64,000 nt of DNA from contig MU053652.1 of NCBI GenBank assembly GCA_013239625.1, positions 1,676,001 through 1,740,000 on the forward strand, read 5' to 3'. The position numbers and the translations under genes were made by a program. The stretch is from Lama guanicoe. Taxonomy: Eukaryota. The notes beneath the pieces are model-generated. The model saw only the letters and a list, made by a program, of their open reading frames with translations, did not search any database and had not been told where the DNA came from. The number at the start of each line of letters is the position of its first letter. The stretch's first letter is position 1. This document shows, piece after piece, positions 22,578-32,765 of this stretch.

Positions 22578-22757
22578 CACCCACCTGTGAAGTAGGTACT
22601 GTCATTCTTGATTCTCATTTTACAGATAAGGAATCAGCTTAGAGAGGTGATCCACCTCAAGCAATGTCATAAAACTAGTTAGTGGCAGGCAGGATGGGAA
22701 CTCAACCATCAAATCTCCAGTTGTGATTCTGAGTCCAGTGCCATTTTCACCACCCCA
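22578..22757 (-). mobile_element. MIR SINE
   Basis: TGTGAAGTAGGTACTGTCATT...CTCATTTTACAGATAAGGAA..AGCTTAGAGAGGTGA...CTAGTTAGTGGCAG. Confidence 0.85.
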
Positions 22758-23539
22758 CAGGTGCCTTCAGTGGGCACGTCGCGTGGCTCCGGTCAGAAGA
22801 GGAGCAAGGTGTAGGAAGGCAAGATGAATCAAGGCATTCCAGCAGGTTCTCTGCAGTCCTCTCCGAAGTCCCCCCTCATATTCCTGCTTGCCTCCCCTCC
22901 TTCCTGAGTGAGACAGAGCTGGGCTCTTCCAGAGCACATTCCCATTGTTATTTTTCACATCCCGGCACCACGTGTATTGCTATTTTTATCCTGTACTAGA
23001 AACTACTGAGTGGGGGAGAAATGTTAATTGGTATTATTACAGCAAACTGTGTCCTAGTAACACTGCAATTCAGAGGTAAGCTCTCCGCTCCCCTCCCCTG
23101 CCTTTTCGGCGAAGATGGGGATTTTGTTCATTTGGCTGACAGCCAGCACAGGGTTTTGTGGCTGGTGCCGGGCCTGCGGGGAGACGTCTCCGGGACTTGA
23201 CATACATTGCGCAGGCTGCTGGACCTGCGCTCCGTGGTTAGTTTATGAGGGAAGGATGCGGGGGTGGGTGGAGTTGTGATGAATTTGGTTCTATTTTGTG
23301 CCCCGAAACCAGACTGGAGGGATAGTCTGTCTGCTCAGGAAGCTCTCATGGGGTGCAGCTTGCAGGGTCTTTTGTGCGAGAATCTGGGGCATTTATATTC
23401 AGGGTCCAGCTGAAAGTAAGAGATAGCGGCCCTCACAGCTGGGCCCTCCTAAGCCAGAGCGGAGAGTGAACAGATTAGGAAGTAATAGCCACGGAGTCAG
23501 GCGAGTTTTGCTGAACTTCCAGGAGGAAGACAAGAAAGG

Positions 23540-23735
23540 GGCTTCAAAAGACAGGCTGTCCACTGGCTGCCAGGGTTCAAATCCCGACAGCATTCCTTCC
23601 TAGCCACGTGGCCTCAAGCAAGTCTCTCCTCCCCTCTGGCCTCAGTTTCCTCATCTGTAAAAGGGGGCTAGTAAAATCTGCCCCTCTAGGCTGGTTGTGA
23701 GGAATAAAGTACGTGGCACAAAGCGTGTAGTAAGG
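23540..23735 (+). mobile_element. MIR SINE
   Basis: GGGTTCAAATCCCG...GCAAGT...GCCTCAGTTTCCTCATCTGTAAAAGGGG...GGTTGTGAGGAATAAA, the canonical MIR core. Confidence 0.92.
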
Positions 23736-23959
23736 ACTCTGAAAAGTAAAGCTTTCATGATGAGTTTTTTATCAGGTGTCGTGAGACTCCTAAGGGCTAA
23801 GAGTGCAGGAAGCATTGGAAGATGGAAGAATCCAGATTCCAGCCTGGTGGTGCCTGCTGATTGCTTGAACCCAATGCTCAGAAGATAATACTTTACAAAT
23901 CCTCCAGGTCCTCACTTCTCTACCATGGGAAGAATAATCAGTTTGATTTCATGGCAACC

Positions 23960-24310
23960 TAAATGTTTTTATTTTTTATAGTGTTTATGGCTTTTAAAAA
24001 ATTATTATAGCAATACATATTACTTGTGGAAATGTAAAACAAAAAAGAAATGAAAAAATGAGAAATCATCTGAAATCCTACCACCTTCAGAAAATCACTC
24101 CTGACACGTGAGTGTATTCCTTTTGCATCTTTTTCTATAAACATGTACTTTATATAAGTATTTGAGATAATATAACATATATAATATATACATATTTTTA
24201 TATTGTGCTTCCCCCACACACACACACACTTTTCATTGTGAATACATTTCCATGTGATTGAATATCCTTCAAACGTGATTTTTAATGACAGTCTGGTATT
24301 TTATAATGCC
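23960..24310 (-). mobile_element. Ancient L1ME-type 3' fragment
   Basis: AT-rich; ATCATCTGAAATCCTACCACC..AGAAAATCACT...GTGTATTCCTTTTGCATCTTTTTCTAT...TTTTTAATGAC resembles the L1ME3/4 3' end. Confidence 0.65.
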
Positions 24311-24319
24311 ATCCTTGCT

Positions 24320-25500
24320 CTTCTGTTCTGTCTTTTTAAGCTTTCTGGTTTTCTTCTTATTGCATTTATACCCTGTTTCCTTTTTATCCATTAATTTTTG
24401 CTCTACGGATTGGATTTTCTCTGCCTTCTTTCCCTCTAGTGATTTGGAAAATATTCACCCTATTTGAACCTGAAAGTGATTACCCTTAAGTTTTTGAAAG
24501 CATATTTAAACCCATAAGCATCAAAGCTGAGACTTAAACAGCATGGTTTTGTTCTTCCCTTCCCCCAACTTTCCAATTTTTGCTAATATGACCTCGGTTT
24601 TGAGACTCATACTAATATTTTTACATTATGATCATTTCAGCATTCAGTCATCCCTTTCAAACATTGTTATTAATATTTTCATCAGTTTTCATTGAAATTA
24701 TACTAAATATTTAGATAGTTCTAACAGCTTATCATTGCTCACGGCCCTGTCACCCAGTCAGTCCTCACCTGTGAGTTCTTAATTTTGATTTGGTAGATCA
24801 GCATTCCCCTTTAAGACTTTCTTTTTTTCTCTTTTTTCATGAAGGGAATACTGGTAATGTGATTTTAAGCCCTCGAATGTCTGAGCGTGTCATTTTGTTG
24901 ACCTTACATGTAAATGGCAACTTGGTTGAGTATTTTTCTTTCCTCAAAGTTGTTGAAACTACTCCACTGTCACTGAGCAATGAATGCCAGAGAGAAGCCC
25001 AAGGCCAACTGGGTTTTGATTCCTTTGTAGATGATCTTTTCCTTTTGCTTGTCTAAAGGTTTACAGAATGTTCTCCAGATACCAAAGAAGTGTTTCTGTA
25101 TGTGTATTCATGTTGTTTCAACTTCCTTTGCATTACATTTCAATATGCTCTTTCTTTTTTTTTCCAGTCTTCAAATAGGTGTTTATTTTTTTCTGAGAAA
25201 TACTATAACAATTTTGAACAGCTGTCAGTGTGCTCTTTCAATGTGCAGCCTCAAATTTTCAACTCAGGAAAGACGACAACGATGATGATGATGGTGACTA
25301 TATGTATATATAGATGTTCGGTCCCTTGGTTTTGTCGTCCAGGTCTCATTTTCTTCCCCTCACTGTCATGCGAGTTCTGGGAACGCTTTTCAAGTGTATC
25401 TTTACTTCTTTGACCTGGTTTTTTGCAGCATCCTTTCTGCTGCTTACTACTTTTGGTGAGGTTTTAACTTTGGCCATTCATGTGAACTTACCTGACTTTA
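24320..25500 (-). mobile_element. Ancient L1M/HAL1-like fragment (ORF1 region)
   Basis: Very T-rich; GAATGTCTGAG...GAGAAGCCCAAGGCCAACTG...TTCCTTTGTAGATGATCTTTTCC resembles antisense old L1/HAL1 ORF1 sequence. Confidence 0.55.
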
Positions 25501-25517
25501 GATCTCCCCTTCTAGAT

Positions 25518-25707
25518 CAGGTGTGGAGGACACACTACAGCTGAAGTCCAGATCTGTTTCTATGCATTTCCTGGACGTTGTCTACTGCTTTTGGGAGCCA
25601 AGTTGAGTAGCTGCGAAAGTTGAGCGGTTGCCAAAGAGACCGTGTGGCCTTCAAAGCCGTTCATATTTACTCTCTGGTCTTTTAAAGGAAAACTTTGCTG
25701 ACCTCTG
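25518..25707. mobile_element. MER58A-like hAT-Charlie MITE (internally deleted)
   Basis: AGTTGAGTAGCTGCG...AGAGACCGTGTGGCC..CAAAGCC...ATATTTACTCTCTGGTCTTTTAAAGGAAAACTTTGCTGACCTCTG matches the MER58 end. Confidence 0.85.
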
Positions 25708-25929
25708 CTCTTTGCTTTGATTTTTTCAGACAAAAGTCCTCTTGAATCTAACTGAAAATCAAATTAGAGAATTTCCCAAGCATTCTCTTTCTTTCTCTTT
25801 TTTTCCTTATAGTAAATCTATCTCCTAAGAAGATATTTCTTATGAGTCTTTATCTTTTTTTTTTATTTTTTGGATATCCTTTCTGCTATTTTTTGTTTGT
25901 CCAGCCTTACAAAGAGAGGTTGTGTGGGG

Positions 25930-26205
25930 AGGTATGGTGGACATACAAGAGAGTGTGATATGGGCTTCATTCCAAAATGTTTGGATTCGCAATCCCACTC
26001 TCTCTCTTTCTCAGTCTCTCTCTGTATTTCACTGAAAAGCCAGATTCACCCTCATAGTGAGTGATCTGTGAGATTAGCAGAGGGTAGGATTCATTCTTAC
26101 CATTTTATGCAGTAAAGGAAAGAGAGAAACTGAGGCACAGAGAGGCTATGACAGTATATACAACAATTTTGAATTTAAACACAGCCTTCCTGCTTTGAAG
26201 CTCCC
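25930..26205. mobile_element. Two degenerate MIR fragments in opposite orientation
   Basis: Plus-like 25930-26077 (ACCCTCATAG...TGTGAGATTA); minus 26090-26205 (CCATTTTA...GAAACTGAGGCACAGAGAGG). Confidence 0.6.
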
Positions 26206-27865
26206 AGTCTCACTTCCCAGCTGGTAGCCCACCTCCAGTTGTCCTGACCTGATTTAGTTCCACCTTGGTGAAACCTTGTCTGGGGCCCTTTGACACCTGA
26301 AGCTCTTGAAGGTTACAACACTGTCTGTCATTCCAGGGGTGTACTTGAGAGAGCCCCAGGAGGGAGGGGTGGCCATGCAGCTAATTTTTTTCCATGCAGC
26401 TCTTTTTGAAAATATTTGGAGAACTTATAACTTGAATTCTTTTTATGTTGTACATGAATTGTACATAGCCATAAGTATTTTTACCAGTGGCTGCCATCTT
26501 GTAATTCCCACACTTGGACTTTCAGAAGGAGAAGGTGAAAATGTTTACCTGCACAAAGCTGGGTATATTTTCTGTATTCCTAACTGAACATCAAATGTTG
26601 TATGAAAGTGGTACCCTTCCCCTATGCATGTCTTCACAGGCTGGCAGGGTGACTGCATTATGTGTGTGTTTGTAAGTGTGATCCTGGGCGGGGGAAAGGG
26701 ACAGAGAAGGGGCAGGGTGTGGGTGAACTTCTTTGTACAAACGTGAATTTGAAAATCAGGCATATTTGCAATTTAGTCAGCTCCAATTATCTGTGCTTCT
26801 GGAAGGGAGATGTGATGCAGGTAATTGAAACCAGCAGATGATTAAAGCATTATTTCTGCTTTGTTCTGGGATAGTTTATATTAAATGCAGAGGAGCCTTC
26901 TAGTTTCACGTCGGGCTTCCCGTCCCCCACCCCGGCGGGTTTACCCTCTGGTCTTTGCTTACTAGGGCTGGTGGTAAAACAAGCCCGGACTTTCCCACAC
27001 ACTGACCATCGGCCTGAACATCTGGGGAAGCAGGACTCTGAATTGCAAATTCTCAAGGGGAAGAAGCCCACACAAGACCTCCTTTCTAGACCCTCATCCA
27101 TCTTCTTCCCAGGACATCACTAACACCCTCTTGTGCTTCACCTGAAAGAATCTTACCAATCAAATTACTCCAGCCCACTTACTGCTCTCCGCTCTGTCCC
27201 TGGCTTTCCTCTCTGTACTGCCAAGGAAATGTGATCGCTTCACTCCACATTTGCTGCCATTCAGTTCATTCTCAGCTTCTCTTGAATGAGAGATTATGAC
27301 CAAAGAGGCTGAATTTCAAGGCGGGAAAGAAGATAGGGAATCTCTTCCTAAACAGAAAATCTTACTGGTGTTCAAAGCAACATCTTATTTAAATTCTTGC
27401 CCTGGTCTTTTCCATGCAATTTTTAAATAAGGGCTTCTGTCCCAGAAAATTGTCTGCTCACGAGAATGTGTCCCCAGAGTTGCTATCCTTGTTCAGGAGA
27501 GCAGCCCAAAGGCTCCAAGAGCTTTGTGGCTGGATGGCTGGTGGCTGGTGGAAGCCGGGCCCCAGTCCCATTTGGTCAAGCCGTGTAAGTGCACATGCCT
27601 CGCCCAGCCCCACGGAGATGTGTGCATTTCTGCTTACTAAGCTGCATATTTGCGGGCTGTAATTGCATCCCGTGTCCCCACAACATTACAGACATGAAAG
27701 GAAAATGAGGGCTTTGCACGTTCCCAGGGATGTAATTATGGTAATAGGCAGAGCTCGTTTGCTGTGTTGTCCTGTTGGGCGTGTAGCCCAGCTCTCCGCG
27801 GCAGCAGCTCTGGGAGTGGATGGGCTTGGCAGAGGGACCATTTCCCAACTTGGGTTTCTTGGGTG

Positions 27866-28421
27866 ACTTTTGATTGAACTGTCACGCTGATACAGGAAAG
27901 GGCAAACATCCTAAGTATACACCTTGGTGAGTTTTCACCTGCTGGACTCCTCCATGGAACCTGTACCCCAATCAAGAAATTGAATCCCCAGTCCCCAGAA
28001 CCACCCCCCAACCCCATTCAAGTTACCGCCCCTGCCCTCCCCAGGGCCACCCTACTGACTTCTCACTGCACAGATTAGGTTCTCCGATTTTGTGCTTTTT
28101 TTGTGCTTTATACAGTCACGCAGCACACACCCTCTCGTGTCTGCTCATTTTGCTCTCCTTTATGAGATTGAGCCACCACAGCACATGGAGTTGCAGTTTG
28201 TTCATTGTTGTGTTTCCTAGCATTCCACTGTGTGACTCTACTAAAATGTATTTTTCCGATTTATCGTTGATGAGCATTTGAATGATTTCCAGTTTTTGCC
28301 TTCTACTCTTGTGTATGTCTTCTGGAGACCATGCATTCTGCACTTCTACTGCTGATATACCTAGCGGGGAAGTTGCTGAGTCAGTGCATGTACGAATTCA
28401 GCTTTTGCAGACACTGCCAAC
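27866..28421 (-). mobile_element. L1ME-type 3' fragment
   Basis: ATCCTAAGTATACA.CTTGGTGAGTTTTCAC...ATCAAGAAAT.GAA...GCATTCCACTGTGTGA...GTTGATGAGCATTTG...TTTCCAGTTTTTG...ATATACCTAG...GTTGCTGAGTC...ACTGCCAA. Confidence 0.85.
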
Positions 28422-28610
28422 TATAGACTAGATGTATTTAAAGGGCTTTGTAGTTGTGAGAGGCTGGTTAACATCCTCACCAGAAAAAGCAGAAAGGAGG
28501 TTGCTTTTCTTTTTCAGACAGCACAGTGTAGTGGATCTGGGTGGGAGACAGACCTGAGTATATCAGTTCGATAAGTATATATTGAGTGTCCACTGTTTTA
28601 AATGCTGGTC

Positions 28611-29110
28611 AGTATTAGCTTCCTTTGGATGCTGTAACAAATTACCACAAAGTTGGTGCTTAAAACAACACAGACTTACTCTCCTCCAGTTCTCGAGGTC
28701 AGGAGTCCACAGTGGGTCTCAGTGGGCTGAAACCAAGGTGTCCACAAAACCTCACTGGCTCCAAAGGCTCTGGAAGAGAATCATTTCCATTTTCTTGCCT
28801 TTTCCAGCTCCTAGAGCCGCATCCCTTAGCTCACGGCCCCTTCCTCCAACTGCACGGCCGGCAGCATCGCAGCTTTAAATCTCTCTGTTCTGTCTTCACA
28901 TTCCCTTCTCCTCTGTGTAGTCAAATCTCCCTCCACCGCCCTCTTTCAAGGACTCTTGTCATTGCATTTAGGACCCATCCACATGATCCAGGATCATTTC
29001 AGGGTCCTTAATCACATCTATAAAGTCTCTTTTGCTGTATAAGGTAACAGTCACAGGTTCTAGGGATTAGGGCTTGGATGTCTTTGGGAGCTGCTACTCA
29101 GCCTTCCATA
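28611..29110 (-). mobile_element. MLT1C/MLT1D-like ERVL-MaLR solo LTR
   Basis: GTATTAG...GCTGTAACAAATTACCACAAA.TTGGTGCTTAAAACAACAC...CTTGCCTTTTCCAGCT...ATAAGGTAACA.TCACAGGTTCTAGGGATTAGG. Confidence 0.92.
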
Positions 29111-29374
29111 CAGGGAGATGCCGTCATCTCTTGATTTTCACCATGTCATCCGTCCACAGCACCCACCTTCATGAAGCATCATCATCCTACATCACAGAGT
29201 CGCCCAGTTGCCCTGCTACTCTCTACGATGCTTGTTGAATTATGGGAAAAGGCCACTGGATGGGACCAGAGAAGTGTATTTAAAGGATAGATGACGATTT
29301 GTTTCATCAAATTGTTAATTTACTTTCAGTGATAACAAAAACTCTCAAGTGGACAGGAAAAGAAATATCAAAAT

Positions 29375-29618
29375 ACAAGACACCTTAACTGCAATGTGGG
29401 ATCTTGGCTTGGGTCCTGGAACAGAAAATGGACACCAGTAGAAAAACTGGTGAAATCTGATTATAAGCCCATAATTTAGCCAATTTTGTCTTAGGAATTG
29501 TACCATGGTTATGTAAGATATTAACATTAGGATGAAGTATGTGCAGAAGCTCTGTATTCTCTCTGCAGCTCCTCTGTAAGTCTAGAATTACTTCAAAGTA
29601 GAAAGTTAAAAAAAAAAA
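29375..29618 (+). mobile_element. L1MC/L1MD-type 3' end with poly-A
   Basis: TGCAATGTGGGATC.TGG.TTGGGTCCTGGAACAGAAAA.GGACA...AAAACTGGTGAAATC...TGTACCATGGTTATGTAAGATATTAACATTAGG...CTGTAAGTCT...AAAGTT then poly-A. Confidence 0.88.
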
Positions 29619-31403
29619 TGCAAGGCACTCAGGTACCAGTGGATAAGCTCCAAATTCCATCTGTTTATGTGACATAGGAGACAGGGTCCAGTGTTGGCAG
29701 AATGAATTTAGAAGATCTGAAAAGTAATGATGAAGTTTAAAAATGCATGACCATTTAAGTATGAATGGAGGTTGGCAGGATGTGAGACAAATAAGATGGT
29801 GTTCGTTATCTTGGTGGGAACATGTGGGTCCTCTCCAGTCCCACCCAAGTCCTCCTGAGGGAGCTGGAGCTGAGCTGAGGGTGGTCCTCAGGTGTGAGTG
29901 GAGAGGGACTCAGTCTCTGATTGATTCATCAGCTCCTCCCCCTCCTTCCTTCCCCACCCCTCCTCCCCTCTCTCCCTGGCCCCATCACTGATGGAGCTCA
30001 GTCTAAGGGCTCCCTGGTGGCCAGCCACCTCACAGCTGAGTTGTTATCTTCCTGTCACACACTTATCTGGGCACGGTTAGAGCTTCCTAATAAAATTTGT
30101 CACTGACTGTAATCCCATCACTGTCCAGACCCAGTTGATCAGCCCCTCTGGTTGTTTTGGCTTTGCTCTGCACCTCCGGCCTCTTCAGAGGAAATTGGTA
30201 GAGATAGGAGTTCAGAGAGAGCTCTTGGCCTTACAAAGACAGAACAGAGAAGAAGCCAATGAGGACCACCAAATACTTCTACGAGAATTAAATACAAATG
30301 GCTCGGCCTCCCTCCTGCTGCCCGGTCAGCCCCACTTCAGGCCCATCAGGGACAGAAGCAGGAAAGGGAACGTCTTCTGTTGTGGGTGTCATGAGCCCAG
30401 AGGCTGGGCTCCCCCTCATTCTCCTGACAACGCTACGTGCTCCCCACATTCATTCTCAGTCTCCTGAGCCGGGGGGAGGGGATGATGGGGGGCGGGCACA
30501 GAGGCGTCTGGTCAGCTTACTCGGAACCAGGCACCCACACCCCACACTGGCTGTGGAGCATCTGGGCCATGTGCCCTCCCCTCTGCCAGGCTCCAGGGAA
30601 TGTCCTGGCAGGCTTCTGTGATTGTGTAGCTCTCTTCACAGCTGCGTGCTTGATGCACAGTTTCGAAGCCTGGAAAGAGAGAGCATGTGGAGAATGCAAA
30701 GGGGAAATCCTCTAAGGGGCACCTTCACTCTGCAGCGAGATCGTGGGTGCCCCCAGCAGACGACAGACTGTGCCTGGTGTGTGCACGTGTGCATGTGTGA
30801 GTGCGTTGGGATTTGCTGCGTCTGTAGTGTCAAGGCAAACAGACCCCCGCCTGGCTGTGTGTGTCGGGGGGTGTGTGTGTGGTGTGCAGACCGGCCCGCT
30901 TGTCTGGAGCTGGCCCTTCCTCCCCTCTCTTCGTGTTCTGCTTTGCCGCACAGCTGCTCCCTGTCTCCCTCTCATCCTCGGCACCATCCTGGGAGCCAGA
31001 AGCCCCTCCTGCTTCCTGCAGGTAACCCTGTTCTCTGTGACTCTCCATTTGTCTCTGTAGTTCTCCTTCCTCAGCAGTCAGGAGGGCTTCGTGCTCTGTC
31101 TTCAGGCACCTGCCAGGCTGGAGGCAAACACTGGAACGGCCAGGGCAGCCGTGGCGGGTACCTGCTGTGTATGTGCAGACGGAGCCCGGTGACGCTGGAG
31201 GAGGGCAGGCGGCACTGCCTCTCAGAGCTGCCTGTCTCCCTGAGGTCCTGCCACCTCTGCAGTCAGGAGGTGGCACCTCTGCAGCCTCCAGTCATGGCCC
31301 AGGGCCAGGATGCAGGGAACCGGCGCTGCTGGCCGGAATCAGGCCCTGCGGGGGCACAGCAAGAGCTGTAGGAAGGTGGACAGCTCACTGTGGGGACAGG
31401 AAG

Positions 31404-31825
31404 AGGGCTGCCCCAAAAGAGCATCACAAACCAAGCGGCTTAAACAACAGCAATGTATCGTCTCATAATTCTGGAGGCTGTGTCCCTGGACCAGTGACAT
31501 CAGCATCATCTGGGAACTTGGCAGAAATGCATCTTGGAAGGTCCAAGATCAAGGGGTCAGCAGGGTTGAATCCTTCTGGGACTTTTCTCCTTGGCTTGGA
31601 GATGGCTGTCTTCTCCCTGTGTCTTCACACGGTCTTCCCTCTGCACCTGTCTGTGCAGATTTCCTCTTCTTATAAGGACGTCCACTGTAAGGCCCACCCT
31701 AATGACCTCATTTTAACTTAATTACCTCTTGCAAAGTCCCTATTTCCAAATATGGTCACGTTCCGAAGTACCGCGGTGAGGATTTCACCATAAGAATTTT
31801 AGGGGGCACAGTCCAGCGTATAACA
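31404..31825 (-). mobile_element. MLT1B-like ERVL-MaLR solo LTR interrupted by a MER5A fragment
   Basis: GGCTTAAACAACAG...TTCTGGAGGCT [insert] GGAAGGTCCAAGATCAAGG...GTCTTCACACGGTCTTCCCTCTG...TCCTCTTCTTATAAGGAC...GGCCCACCCTAATGACCTCATTTTAACTTAATTACCTCT...CCCTATTTCCAAATA...TAACA. Confidence 0.92.
31480..31535 (+). mobile_element. Internal MER5A fragment without terminal inverted repeats
   Basis: GTGTCCCTGGACCAGTGACATCAGCATCATCTGGGAACTTGGCAGAAATGCA matches the recalled MER5A subterminal sequence. Confidence 0.75.
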
Positions 31826-32099
31826 AGGCCCTCTCTGCTCTGCCTGCTCTCCGTAAGGCCATTTCCCTGCCGGCTTCTGGCTGGAGCCGGGGAGTGCACC
31901 GCACTGAACCCTTGATCTTCCTCCTGCATGGCTCATGAGGCAGCTTTTGGTTTTGTGGCTCGCAAATTAACTGCAAAGAAAATGAGGAGTTTTGAGGGGG
32001 GTGCTATTCTTTTAATAATTTTGGAGAAGGAGAAGGCAATTCAACGTAGTGGCACGAACAGGAACTGGGGGGAGACAGGAGTTGTGTGGCCTCCATCAA

Positions 32100-32225
32100 A
32101 TTACTCCACTTCTCTGCACGTGTTTTCTTATCCATCCAGTGGGGCTGTTGTGAGAGTTAAGTGGGATCATGTGTATGACACGCCCGGGGCAGGGCTGGCA
32201 CATAGTAGGCGCTCAACACTAACTT
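32100..32225 (+). mobile_element. MIR 3' fragment
   Basis: GGGCTGTTGTGAGAGTTAAGTGGGAT.ATG...CTGGCACATAGTAGGCGCTCAA. Confidence 0.8.
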
Positions 32226-32595
32226 GTTTCCTTAATTTTCTGGTGGTACTCATGCTGCTACCACCGCTGCAGACAGGACAGTGTGGTGATGACAGTGGGG
32301 TGATGACAGACACCTTGCACCCAATAGGCTTCTGGTCGAACACCTGCTGTCCACGCACGAGAGCTGGGACAAGCATGTGCCGAGGGCTCAGGGCAAAGCG
32401 AATTCTGCTGCTCCTGAATAAACCATACCCACATGTCATTTCTGCTGATGCAGCCAAGGTAAAACCTCTGTACATAAAATGGTGATATTTTCATTGAAAG
32501 CAATGCTCAGTCTCGAGGGGAGGTTTGAACACAAAATTTGAAAACACTCATTGTGGGCAAAGGATGGAACCAAAAACCGGAGTCCCTTTTCTCTA

Positions 32596-32765
32596 CAGGG
32601 GTGGTTCTCAAACTTTAATGTGATTCCAAATCACCCAGGGGCTGGTCAAAATACAGACTGCCAGGCCCCACCCTCAGAGTTTCTGATTCAGGATCCCGGG
32701 AAGGTGCGATCCTAGCAAGTTCCCAGGTGATGCTGACTTTGCTGGTCCAGGGGCACAGCTGGAGG
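32596..32765 (-). mobile_element. MER5A hAT-Charlie MITE
   Basis: GTGGTTCTCAAACTT...AATCACC...GGCCCCACCCTCAGAGTTTCTGATTCAG...CAAGTTCCCAGGTGATGCTGA...TGCTGGTCC. Confidence 0.9.

Noticed and set aside
31000..31027. Second recursive-splice-like junction CTTCCTGCAG|GTAACC
   Set aside because: The reconstituted donor is weak (no G at +5) and the tract is C-rich; much less convincing than the 11216 site.
30622..31371. Longest ORF in the track (249 aa, +)
   Set aside because: Non-ATG start, runs through a GT-rich low-complexity tract (C/V-rich translation), has no recognisable domain, and overlaps similar-sized ORFs on both strands, as expected for GC-rich non-coding DNA.
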